Of a stretch of DNA of 64,000 bases, positions 38,510 through 46,783 are shown one piece after another (position 1 is the stretch's first letter; the number at the start of each line of letters is the position of its first letter). Location of the stretch: the NCBI GenBank assembly GCA_944391345.1, contig CALXTE010000004.1:29275-93274 (forward strand), written 5' to 3'. The position numbers and the translations under genes were made by a program. The DNA is from an uncultured Alphaproteobacteria bacterium. GTDB lineage: Bacteria > Pseudomonadota > Alphaproteobacteria > RF32 > CAG-239. The notes under the pieces were generated by a model. It saw only the letters and a program-made list of their open reading frames with translations. It ran no database searches and had not been told where the DNA came from.

Positions 38510-40348
38510 ATGCCTATTCGAATTCTGCCATCAACCTTGGTTAACCAGATTGCCGCCGGTGAGGTGATTGAACGTCCGGCTTCGGTGGTGAAAGAACTGG
38601 TTGAAAATGCGATTGATGCCGGTGCAACCTCGATTGAGGTGACTTTGGTTGATGGCGGAAAAGGCTTGATTGCTGTCGTTGATAACGGCAAGGGAATGGA
38701 TAAAGATGAGTTACCTTTAGCGGTGGAACGCCATGCCACGTCAAAGCTGCCTGATGATGATCTGTTTCATATTTGTTTTTTAGGATTTCGCGGTGAGGCT
38801 CTTCCTTCCATAGCGTCGGTGGCTCGTCTGAGTATTACCTCGCGGGCAAAAGAGTCTGAAAACGCTTGGAAGATAGAAGTCTGTGGCGGTGAAAAGTCTG
38901 AGGTTGTTCCGGCAGCTTATCCCAAAGGAACGAGAATCGAAGTTCGCGATTTATTTTATGCAACACCGGCACGGTTAAAGTTTTTGAAGTCATCACAATC
39001 AGAAACAGGATTATGTGTTGATATGCTTAACCGTATTGCGATGGCTAATCCGCATATCTCGTTTTATTTGCGTGCCGATGATAAGAAAAAAATCTCACTT
39101 AATGCTTGTCAGGGAGAGCTTTTTGATGCGCGGTTAAATCGTTTGTCAGAGGTTATGGGACGCGAGTTTGCCGATAATTCTTTGTCGATTGATGCTGAAA
39201 AAGACGGCCTTAAAATCTCGGGTTTTGTGTCTTTGCCAACGCTGAATAAGGCGAATTCTCTTTCGCAATATCTGTTTGTGAATAATCGTCCGGTGCGGGA
39301 CAAGCTTTTACTCGGAGCGCTTAAAGGTGCTTATCAAGATGTGTTGGCATCTAATCGCTATCCGATGTGTGCTTTATTTTTTGACATTAATCCGGCTTAT
39401 GTTGATGTTAATGTGCATCCGGCAAAGGCTGAAGTTCGCTTTTATGACAATGCTTTGGTGCGCGGATTGTTGGTGAGTGCCGTGCGTTATGCTTTGAGCC
39501 AAGGGGCGGACAGGTCTGCCGGTGAGATTTCGGTTAATGATTTAGTGACCGAGAATAATTCTTTGCCGAATGAGGTTCTTTCTCAAAGCGGGGTGTTTGA
39601 AACGTCTTCGTTGCAAGAAAAGCCGCGTCCGGTTAATTTTTATCAGAGCCTTATGCCAAAATCTGCGCCGCGGCGGCAAGTGGTTTTGCCCGAACTGGAG
39701 CGGGCTTATTCGGTGAAAGTTGATGATTCTCCCGTTTCTCAAGAAAATGTGCAAAATAGCGAATCTATCGGGCATCTCGGTTTGGCAAAGGCGCAAGTGG
39801 CTGATACTTATATTATCTCGCAAACCGAAGATAGTTTGATTATTGTGGATCAGCATGCTGCGCATGAGCGCATTGTGATGGAAAAGCTCAAGCAAAGTCT
39901 GATGAATGATGCTCATATTGCTACTCAGATTTTGCTGATTCCGGAAATTGTGGATTTGAGCTTGAGTGATAAAACACGTATTTTGGAAGCCGCCGAGGAG
40001 CTTAAAAAACTTGGGCTTGTGGTTGAAGAATTTGGTACAACCGCTGTGATTGTTCGTGAGATTCCTGCATTGTTGAAAAATGCCGATGTTAAAAAGATGA
40101 TTGCCGATCTGGCTGAAGAAATGGCAGAATGGGGCAAAGAATATTCTCTTACGCAAAAACTGCATTTGGCTTGTGCGACGATTGCTTGTCATGGATCGGT
40201 GCGGGCAGGGCGGCGCCTTAATCTTGATGAGATGAATCATTTGCTGCGAGAGATGGAACATACGGAGCATTCCGGTCAATGCAATCATGGGCGTCCGACT
40301 TATGTGGAACTAAAACTTAAAAATATAGAAAAATTGTTTGAACGCTGA
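38510..40348 (+). CDS. mutL: DNA mismatch repair protein MutL
   Basis: IAAGEVIERPASVVKELVENAIDAGA, DNGKGM, GFRGEAL. C-terminal DQHAAHERI and CNHGRPT. Confidence 0.95.
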   Translation: MPIRILPSTLVNQIAAGEVIERPASVVKELVENAIDAGATSIEVTLVDGGKGLIAVVDNGKGMDKDELPLAVERHATSKLPDDDLFHICFLGFRGEALPSIASVARLSITSRAKESENAWKIEVCGGEKSEVVPAAYPKGTRIEVRDLFYATPARLKFLKSSQSETGLCVDMLNRIAMANPHISFYLRADDKKKISLNACQGELFDARLNRLSEVMGREFADNSLSIDAEKDGLKISGFVSLPTLNKANSLSQYLFVNNRPVRDKLLLGALKGAYQDVLASNRYPMCALFFDINPAYVDVNVHPAKAEVRFYDNALVRGLLVSAVRYALSQGADRSAGEISVNDLVTENNSLPNEVLSQSGVFETSSLQEKPRPVNFYQSLMPKSAPRRQVVLPELERAYSVKVDDSPVSQENVQNSESIGHLGLAKAQVADTYIISQTEDSLIIVDQHAAHERIVMEKLKQSLMNDAHIATQILLIPEIVDLSLSDKTRILEAAEELKKLGLVVEEFGTTAVIVREIPALLKNADVKKMIADLAEEMAEWGKEYSLTQKLHLACATIACHGSVRAGRRLNLDEMNHLLREMEHTEHSGQCNHGRPTYVELKLKNIEKLFER

Positions 40349-40449
40349 TTTTTTTTAGATTTATCTCTTGTTATTTGTCGTTTTGATATTATCTCTAGCC
40401 ATGAGTGTGTTAGTGCTCGTGGATTTCTGTTAATATTAGGACGATAAAA

Positions 40450-40656
40450 ATGACTACCGGAAAAGTAAAATGGTTTAATAATAAAAAAGGTTATGGATTT
40501 ATTCAGCCGGATGCGGGCGGGGCTGATGTGTTTGTGCATATTACAGCTGTTACAAAAGCCGGATTTAGCAGCTTGAAGGAAAATGATCATCTTGTTTATG
40601 AAATTCAAGATGATAGAGGGCGTAAAATTGCGGCAAATTTGAAAAAAGTTTCATAA
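40450..40656 (+). CDS. cspA: Cold-shock protein (CspA family)
   Basis: GKVKWFNNKKGYGFI (RNP1) and VFVH (RNP2). Confidence 0.92.
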   Translation: MTTGKVKWFNNKKGYGFIQPDAGGADVFVHITAVTKAGFSSLKENDHLVYEIQDDRGRKIAANLKKVS

Positions 40657-40777
40657 TCTTTGCGATGATATTTATTTTTTTATAAAAAAAGTTGAAAACA
40701 TTAAAAAAAGTTCTTGACCTTTTTGTAAAATTTGAGTAAATATCTCTTCGTACCGCGCATGATGAATGTTGCTTTTT

Positions 40778-40867
40778 GGAGAGGTGGCAGAGTGGTTTAA
40801 TGCAGCGGTCTTGAAAACCGTCGAGGGTGCGAGCCCTCCCAGAGTTCGAATCTCTGCCTCTCCGCCA
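40778..40867 (+). tRNA. tRNA-Ser (anticodon TGA), CCA encoded; integration target of the island
   Basis: Acceptor GGAGAGG/CCTCTCC. Anticodon arm GCGGT-CTTGAAA-ACCGT. Long variable arm. T arm CAGAG-TTCGAAT-CTCTG. Promoter TTGACC-N17-TAAATA at 40714-40742. Confidence 0.92.
40850..40867 (+). repeat. attL core: 18-bp direct repeat formed by the 3' end of tRNA-Ser
   Basis: ATCTCTGCCTCTCCGCCA is identical to 47544-47561. Confidence 0.85.
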
Positions 40868-40953
40868 ATTCATTGATAACCCGTTGAAATAACGGGTTAT
40901 TTTTTTAAGTAAAACACATTTAAAACACCCAAAATCAGAGGTGTTACAGCAAA

Positions 40954-42792
40954 GTGTTACAGAATCGGTCAAGATATCCCCGTCTAACTCGTCGGCTTCA
41001 TGTATTCTATATTAGGGTTGCTATCCCCAGAATTTTGCAACCTCTTGCACTTCGCAAAGAGTTGATTTATTCTCTTGGCACAAGGGATTATTATACGGCG
41101 ATAAAACAATATCCCAAAGAATCCCTCGCAATGGATAAATTTATTGATTTTTTAAAGGTTGTTGCATTGAAAATTCGCAAGAGAACACACCCTTTCGGCA
41201 TTACGATGGATGATGCTGATATTGACGCTCTTTTAATTCATAGATTGGAAGAAGTGCAAAAGTTTTGTGAAGATAATTTTAATGATATTGAAAAAGGTAA
41301 AGCAGATTTTAGAGAGGTTTCTGTTTTTACTAGTGGTGATATAACATTTTGTGCAGGAAAATACCTCAACTCTTATCTATTATGGCTCTATCAACAACCT
41401 GACACGCATATTACATTAAAAAATGTTTTAGAAAAAATTATGCGTGGATTAACCAATATCCCAACATCTCCATCTACATATCGTAATTTGGAAACCGCTG
41501 ATTGGTTTAAATCATATGTAAATAAGTTTCAGCAGGTAGAGAGTTATAATGAAAAATTGATAAATGATATTCATAATACTGATGATACTGCGGTTAAGTA
41601 TGCTAATATAAATCCGCTAATCAGAAAATTAACAACCACTTGCCAAGACATAGCTAATAAGAGAATAGAAAAACAACGAAAAATAAAAACTCTTTGGACT
41701 ACTTTATTTGACCGAATGATAACGGTTCATAATTTACGTAAAAAAATAAAACAAAGTTCTGTGGATTCTAAAAGAACACATTTAAAAACTATTTTCGCCC
41801 TTCTTGAAAAAGATTGTATTGACGATATAACGGCAGAAGATTGCAAAAGAATTTCTATTGATATTCATAGAGTGCCCAAAAGATGGCAATTTTTATATCC
41901 GAACAAGAGGTTGAATAGTATTTTACTTCCGATTGATAATGAAAAATGTATCTCTCTAAAAACAATCAAAGCTCATTTAATATCTTTTCAAGAATTATTA
42001 AAATTTGCAGTTGATGAAGGCATTATACCGAATGATTTTAAGAAAAATATTACAACGCCATTATTAAATAAAGATCCTGCACGCATTGGATTTTCTGATA
42101 AAGATTTAAAAAAGATATTCAATCCAGAAACCTATCCCAATAGATATAGCCGTTATGAATTTGTAAAGTTCTGGGTTCCTTTAATTGCCTTATTTTCAGG
42201 TGCTCGGATTAACGAGATTTGCCAATCAAGAGTGGAAGATATTATCAAAGTAAAAGGCATATGGTGTTTTAATATTTGTGACACACATCCCAAACAATCA
42301 TTAAAAAACAAGCATTCTAAAAGAATTGTGCCTATACACCCGGCTCTTATATTTTTAGGTTTCATTGATTTTGTAAAAAAATTAAAAACAAATAAAAAAG
42401 AGTGGATTTTTTACACTATTGAATATACCAAAAAAAATCAATTTTCAGGTGCTGTCGGTCATTGGTTTGCTCGTTATCTTGATAAACTCGGTATAACAGC
42501 AAATAAAATTGTATTTCATAGTTTTAGATATTGTTTTGAAGAACATGCTATTGCAAAAAAAATATCAACAGAAGTCCAAAATGCTCTTGGTGGATGGGCT
42601 AATAAAGGTATAGGGCAATCAATTTATGGTAAAAACATCAATATTTCATTGCTTAATCGCGAGTTAAAGAAAATAGATTATCCATGTTTAAAACAAATAT
42701 TACACAAACTTGCATATGACCCATCTCAAAAAGATTTTTCAACTGGTGATTATGAATTATCAAAAAAGAAGACAAAGAAAAAGGAGAGTTAA
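40954..42792 (+). CDS. Tyrosine recombinase/integrase, unusually long (612 aa), GTG start
   Basis: The N-terminal VFYIRVAIPRILQ...KELIYSLGTRDYYTA resembles the arm-binding N-domain of island integrases. C-terminal catalytic candidates are ARINEI (R), HSKRIVPIH, HSFRYCF (HxxR), and GW...SIYGK (Y). Confidence 0.8.
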   Translation: MLQNRSRYPRLTRRLHVFYIRVAIPRILQPLALRKELIYSLGTRDYYTAIKQYPKESLAMDKFIDFLKVVALKIRKRTHPFGITMDDADIDALLIHRLEEVQKFCEDNFNDIEKGKADFREVSVFTSGDITFCAGKYLNSYLLWLYQQPDTHITLKNVLEKIMRGLTNIPTSPSTYRNLETADWFKSYVNKFQQVESYNEKLINDIHNTDDTAVKYANINPLIRKLTTTCQDIANKRIEKQRKIKTLWTTLFDRMITVHNLRKKIKQSSVDSKRTHLKTIFALLEKDCIDDITAEDCKRISIDIHRVPKRWQFLYPNKRLNSILLPIDNEKCISLKTIKAHLISFQELLKFAVDEGIIPNDFKKNITTPLLNKDPARIGFSDKDLKKIFNPETYPNRYSRYEFVKFWVPLIALFSGARINEICQSRVEDIIKVKGIWCFNICDTHPKQSLKNKHSKRIVPIHPALIFLGFIDFVKKLKTNKKEWIFYTIEYTKKNQFSGAVGHWFARYLDKLGITANKIVFHSFRYCFEEHAIAKKISTEVQNALGGWANKGIGQSIYGKNINISLLNRELKKIDYPCLKQILHKLAYDPSQKDFSTGDYELSKKKTKKKES

Positions 42793-42814
42793 TTAACTCT
42801 CCCATTATTATGGA

Positions 42815-43267
42815 TTATTTTTTCTTTGTTTTGTTTTTTGATGAATTTTCTTCTGTTTCATCTTCGTTTGATTTTCTTGTGCGTTTTTTCTTGGCATATG
42901 CCTTTATTTCCTCGTCAAATTGTCCTTCTTCAAGCATTGATTTTAATGAAGATAAAATTTTAGTGTGTGTGTATTCGCTTTTTTTAGTGGTGTTCTTAAA
43001 AATTGGATAAGCACCGCAACGCAAGGTAATTACAGTATATTCACCACTATCCTTCAAAATACGCATAGATGGTGATAATTGAGATGCGGGAGCTGATTTA
43101 TTTTCGATACTGTTTTCATAATTGAGATTTTTTTGAATGCTATCGGCGATTTTTGCCTTAATTGAATTAACTTTTGCGTTAAACACATTTGCTTTTTCTA
43201 CATTTATATCAAGACCAGTGAAGTTTAATGTTGTTTTTTTATTGTTTGAGTTAGAATTTTCAGCCAT
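42815..43267 (-). CDS. Orphan island protein with a lysine/acid-rich C-terminal tail
   Basis: 150 aa, convergent with the integrase. The tail is KKKRTRKSNEDETEENSSKNKTKKK. No motif recognised. The DNA-binding role discussed in the findings is speculative. Confidence 0.5.
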   Translation of the reverse strand: MAENSNSNNKKTTLNFTGLDINVEKANVFNAKVNSIKAKIADSIQKNLNYENSIENKSAPASQLSPSMRILKDSGEYTVITLRCGAYPIFKNTTKKSEYTHTKILSSLKSMLEEGQFDEEIKAYAKKKRTRKSNEDETEENSSKNKTKKK

Positions 43268-43435
43268 TTTTTATTCTCCGTATATATGTTAATGATGTTA
43301 AATTATTGATATATTATATTTCTAATGTCAATTATTGTGTATTTTTTATACACAAATATTATTAAAGAATAGTTATATTATAGTTTTATTATACTTTTTT
43401 GTTATGTCTGATTGTTTGGAAGTGGCTCAAATACT

Positions 43436-43555
43436 TGTAAAATTCAACTATAATCAAATTTAATTATAAAAAAAGTGTAAAATTCAACATAAAATACTTG
43501 ACAATTTTACACTTTTTAGATATTGTAAAGTCATATTATAGATATTGATTTTACA
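43436..43555. promoter_or_regulatory. res-like array of recombinase-binding repeats overlapping the resolvase promoter
   Basis: TGTAAAATTCAAC occurs twice (43436-48, 43476-88). Perfect 15-bp inverted repeat AAAAAGTGTAAAATT / AATTTTACACTTTTT (43470-84 / 43503-17) brackets TTGACA (43498-503). A further TGTAAA/TTTACA pair lies at 43524-29 / 43550-55. Confidence 0.6.
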
Positions 43556-43572
43556 TTTGAGGAATTTAAAAA

Positions 43573-44121
43573 ATGATTTTTAATTATAAAAGAGTTTCAA
43601 CTTTGATTCAATCTACCGAAAGACAGTTAATTGATGCTCCTTGTGATAGAGAATATGAGGATAAATTATCTGGTAAAAATAGAGAGCGTCCGCAATTAGA
43701 AGCAATGTTGTCAAATTTGCGTGCCGGTGATGTTGTTAATGTCCATTCTATGGATAGATTAGCAAGAAATACTCGTGATTTATTAAATATTGTTGAGGAA
43801 ATAAACAATATTGGAGCAACAATTAAATTTCATAAAGAAAATTTAACTTTCTCGCCAGATAAAAAAGACCCTTATCAAGAAATGATGATGACAATGTTAG
43901 CTGCTGTTAGTTCTTTGGAGCGTTCTTTAATCAATGATAGAGTTAGAGAAGGTGTCGCATTGGCAAAAGCGAAAGGAAAATATAAAGGTGGTAAAAATAA
44001 ATTATCTGATGAACAAGTAATAGAATTAAATAATTTATATAAAAATGGTGTTGCCCTTGCTGAAATTGCGAGAAAATTTGAAATTACTAGACCAACTGTA
44101 TATAGCTATATAGAAAAATAA
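43573..44121 (+). CDS. Serine recombinase (resolvase/invertase family), intact
   Basis: YKRVSTLIQ catalytic Ser region, DRLARN, and a C-terminal HTH (LAEIARKFEITRPTVYSYI). 182 aa. Confidence 0.9.
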   Translation: MIFNYKRVSTLIQSTERQLIDAPCDREYEDKLSGKNRERPQLEAMLSNLRAGDVVNVHSMDRLARNTRDLLNIVEEINNIGATIKFHKENLTFSPDKKDPYQEMMMTMLAAVSSLERSLINDRVREGVALAKAKGKYKGGKNKLSDEQVIELNNLYKNGVALAEIARKFEITRPTVYSYIEK

Positions 44122-44128
44122 GGCGGAT

Positions 44129-44726
44129 TTATACCGCCTTTTGTTTTAGGAATTTATAAAATGTTGAGTAATCTACATTTAGCATTTTAGCAATTTTAGT
44201 TTTTTTGATGTTTTGTGATAGTAATTTATCAATTAAATCTTCTTTTCCCGACAATTTAGTAATTTTATTTTTTCTTCCTATTGGTCGTCCTATATGTTTT
44301 CCATCAGCTTTTAATCGAGCTAAACATTGTTTAGTTCTTTGTGAGATTAAATCTCTTTCTATTTCAGCACTTAATCCAAAAGCAAAAGCCAATACCTTCG
44401 ACTGTATATCTGTCCCTAATCTATAATTGTCTTTTATTGTCCATATCTGACAACCAACATTCATACAGTGATGAAGTATATACATAATTTGTAATAAATT
44501 TCTTCCTAATCTTGAAATTTCGGAAGTTATTAAAATATCATCTTGTTTTAATTTTTTTAATATTTTTCCTAATTTTCTTTCTTCTAATGGTTTTTTTTGA
44601 TGATATTGTCTCCATAATCCATTTATCTATTTTGATATTACTTGTTTTAGCAAAATTTTCTATTTCAAATTTTTGATTTTCTTGATGTTGTAAATCGGTT
44701 GATATTCTAATATAAGCGTAAATCAT
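44129..44726 (-). pseudogene. Second serine recombinase, split by a +1 frameshift in an A8 (T8 on the plus strand) tract
   Basis: The N-terminal ORF is MIYAYIRISTDLQ...SSKK. After the run at 44591-44598 the sequence continues in another frame as PLEERKLGKILKKLKQDDILITSEISRLGRNLLQIMYILHHCM..., which joins ORF 44129-44485. Removing one A restores a recombinase of about 198 aa. Confidence 0.8.
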
Positions 44727-45004
44727 AACTAATCCTTTTAATTTATTTATTAAAAAGATTAAGTTTTAAATACTTATATATGATTGAAAATAAAGGAACA
44801 GATTTATCCCAAAAAATATATAAGAAACAAAAACAAACAATAGAATCCAAGAAAAACAAAGAAAATCAAAGAGACAGGGATAAAAAAATAAATTTATTTG
44901 ACTTTTAAAAAGATAGATTTAGTATGGAAAAGAACTGTTCAGTTTTTAGCAATATTTTAGAGGATTGAACAATAGTGGTTAAGAATTTGTTAAGGAGTAT
45001 AGAG

Positions 45005-45175
45005 ATGATTGCTTATGTTGAACAAAGAGGGCTTAATGTCTATGTATATGATTCAAATAGAAGATTATTATTTAGCTGTGGTGGTGAATTAGTTGGCTAC
45101 ACATCAACATCTGTAACTGTTAAACAATCAGGGGTTACAAGAGTTTTTAATGAAAGAGGACAGATGGTTAGATAA
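45005..45175 (+). CDS. Island cargo ORF1 (56 aa), two YD-repeat-like beta-hairpin motifs
   Basis: ATG lies 7 nt after AAGGAG. VYVYDSNRRLLF and TRVFNERGQMV. Promoter TTGACT-N16-TAGTAT at 44898-44925. Confidence 0.55.
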   Translation: MIAYVEQRGLNVYVYDSNRRLLFSCGGELVGYTSTSVTVKQSGVTRVFNERGQMVR

Positions 45176-45176
45176 A

Positions 45177-45389
45177 ATGTCTTATCAGTTGCCAAAATCT
45201 TTTAAATGTTGTCTAACTTGTGTTTTTTGGTGTGGTGTTAGAAAACTTGTTAATCAAGAATATTATGCCGAAACAGATAGTAATACCACCAAAGGCATGT
45301 GTGCCAATAGTAAAGGTATGTATCATTTAGATGTGTCAGCGATGGCTACTTGTAATTATCATCAAACATTGCCAGCATTGAAAGATTAA
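45177..45389 (+). CDS. Island cargo ORF2 (70 aa), cysteine-rich
   Basis: The ATG is separated from the ORF1 stop by a single nucleotide. 6 Cys, including CCLTCVFWC. The longer track ORF (45150-) overlaps ORF1 and is less likely. Confidence 0.5.
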   Translation: MSYQLPKSFKCCLTCVFWCGVRKLVNQEYYAETDSNTTKGMCANSKGMYHLDVSAMATCNYHQTLPALKD

Positions 45390-45409
45390 ATTTGTTGAAA
45401 GTAAAAAAA

Positions 45410-45820
45410 ATGACTTATGAAGAATTTGTAAAAGATTGTATTCGTAATTATATGTCTGAAAGATTTTTTCTTGAAGGTGAAAGCAAAGATTACTTTTTTG
45501 GTAAATCTATTTGGAATGACTATTTGACAGTATTTTATAATGACCTTGATGATAGAACAAATGTGTTAGAGAAAGTGCTTAATCAAGCTGTTAATAATTC
45601 TTTGAGCCAATTAGCAAAAGAAGTTGGACGAGGATATGCGTATAATGGAACTGATTTGGCAATTTCAGCATTTAATATTCCAGCAAGGTTTTATTATTAT
45701 GGAACAAATAGTAATGATAATTCTTTGGCTGTAAATGTTATCAAAACTAATGTTCTTGAAGAAGCAATAAAAAAAGAACCTGAGCGTTGGGAACTTTATT
45801 TAAAAAGTAGAAAGGATTAG
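45410..45820 (+). CDS. Island cargo ORF3 (136 aa from ATG; TTG 45392 also possible)
   Basis: Uninterrupted ORF in the same operon. No recognisable motif. Confidence 0.5.
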   Translation: MTYEEFVKDCIRNYMSERFFLEGESKDYFFGKSIWNDYLTVFYNDLDDRTNVLEKVLNQAVNNSLSQLAKEVGRGYAYNGTDLAISAFNIPARFYYYGTNSNDNSLAVNVIKTNVLEEAIKKEPERWELYLKSRKD

Positions 45821-45824
45821 TTCA

Positions 45825-45962
45825 ATGAATGAAATAGAAACTTCTGAAAATGAAGGAATTGATGAAAATAATGAACCTAAAAGTTTCGTTAGTATAATTT
45901 TACAGTTTATAATAGATATTTTAAAATCTTTGGGCAAAGCAGGGGATAATTTAAAAGCATAA
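45825..45962 (+). CDS. Island cargo ORF4 (45 aa): acidic N-terminus plus a hydrophobic helix. Not in the ORF track.
   Basis: MNEIETSENEGIDENNEPKSFVSIILQFIIDILKSLGKAGDNLKA. The ATG starts 4 nt after the ORF3 stop. AAAGGA lies upstream. Confidence 0.4.
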   Translation: MNEIETSENEGIDENNEPKSFVSIILQFIIDILKSLGKAGDNLKA

Positions 45963-46044
45963 TTTTTTAAATAATATATTATACAAATAGAGATGATTTT
46001 ATTAAGATTGTTAATAAAATTAGAAACGATTGGATTTGTTTAGG

Positions 46045-46242
46045 TTATATATCTGCTGTGATTAAAATAATTACTATACTTTTGTAGGTAATTTTTACAA
46101 TAGAGTAATTTCTTTTGTTAAGGGCTTGGATAGTAGTATTCCAAGCCCAATTTTGATTAAACACTATTTTACCATCGCTTTGCATATAAGAATATTTTTT
46201 ATTGTATGTCATTAGTTGCTGATATGCTCTGATTATTTCCAT
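46045..46242 (-). CDS. Small orphan island ORF (65 aa)
   Basis: ORF only, with a hydrophobic C-terminus. Downstream of 46313-46783 on the same strand. Confidence 0.3.
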   Translation of the reverse strand: MEIIRAYQQLMTYNKKYSYMQSDGKIVFNQNWAWNTTIQALNKRNYSIVKITYKSIVIILITADI

Positions 46243-46312
46243 TTTTTATCCTTACTTTTCTTTTATAAAAATTAAAATTCACCAATTAACGAAAATCAAA
46301 AGTAGGGTTTAA

Positions 46313-46783
46313 TTATAGATATTTAAGCAATTTTTGTGTGATTAGCTGATTACCTTTGTTAATTAACACATCTAAATAATTGCTGATGGTATATTTGTCT
46401 TCATATAACGGCTGAATTTGAATTAGATTTTGAACAAGGCGGTGTAATATGTTAATCGGTGGTTGTCTTCTTTCACAGATTAGCATGCCTAAATAATCTT
46501 GGCTTTTATTTAAAAATTGCTGGCTGAATTGCCTTTGGCTTTTTACTATCCCTAATTTTTGAAGATATTGACAGCATTCTCTAATAAATTCGGCATCTTC
46601 TTGCTCTAAATTATAGCGTTTAGTTCTTTCTTTGCGTAATTCGTCGTTGTTTTTGGCTTTTTTATCTTTTAATGCCTTTTTTAAGCTCTCTGGTGAGGTA
46701 TATTTTAATTTGTCGTCTATTGACTTGTTATCTTTCATTATTGCTGCTATGCGGTCATTTATGGCGTTTTTCTCTAAATTCAT
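46313..46783 (-). CDS. Orphan island protein (156 aa), possible HTH-type regulator
   Basis: AGGAGA RBS. The segment SQRQFSQQFLNKSQDYLGMLICERRQPPINIL resembles an HTH plus recognition helix. Assignment is tentative. Confidence 0.5.
   Translation of the reverse strand: MNLEKNAINDRIAAIMKDNKSIDDKLKYTSPESLKKALKDKKAKNNDELRKERTKRYNLEQEDAEFIRECCQYLQKLGIVKSQRQFSQQFLNKSQDYLGMLICERRQPPINILHRLVQNLIQIQPLYEDKYTISNYLDVLINKGNQLITQKLLKYL

Noticed and set aside
40565-40972. 135-aa minus-strand ORF spanning the cspA 3' end, tRNA-Ser and attL.
   Set aside because: It overlaps a canonical tRNA gene and its promoter. It has no RBS and no motif, so it is spurious.
44812-44885. TTTATCCC / GGGATAAA inverted pair flanking a T-poor A/C-rich tract, considered as an invertible promoter for the adjacent recombinase.
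   Set aside because: The inverted repeat is only 8 bp, which is far shorter than known invertase sites. It cannot be distinguished from chance in AT-rich DNA without read-level evidence of inversion.
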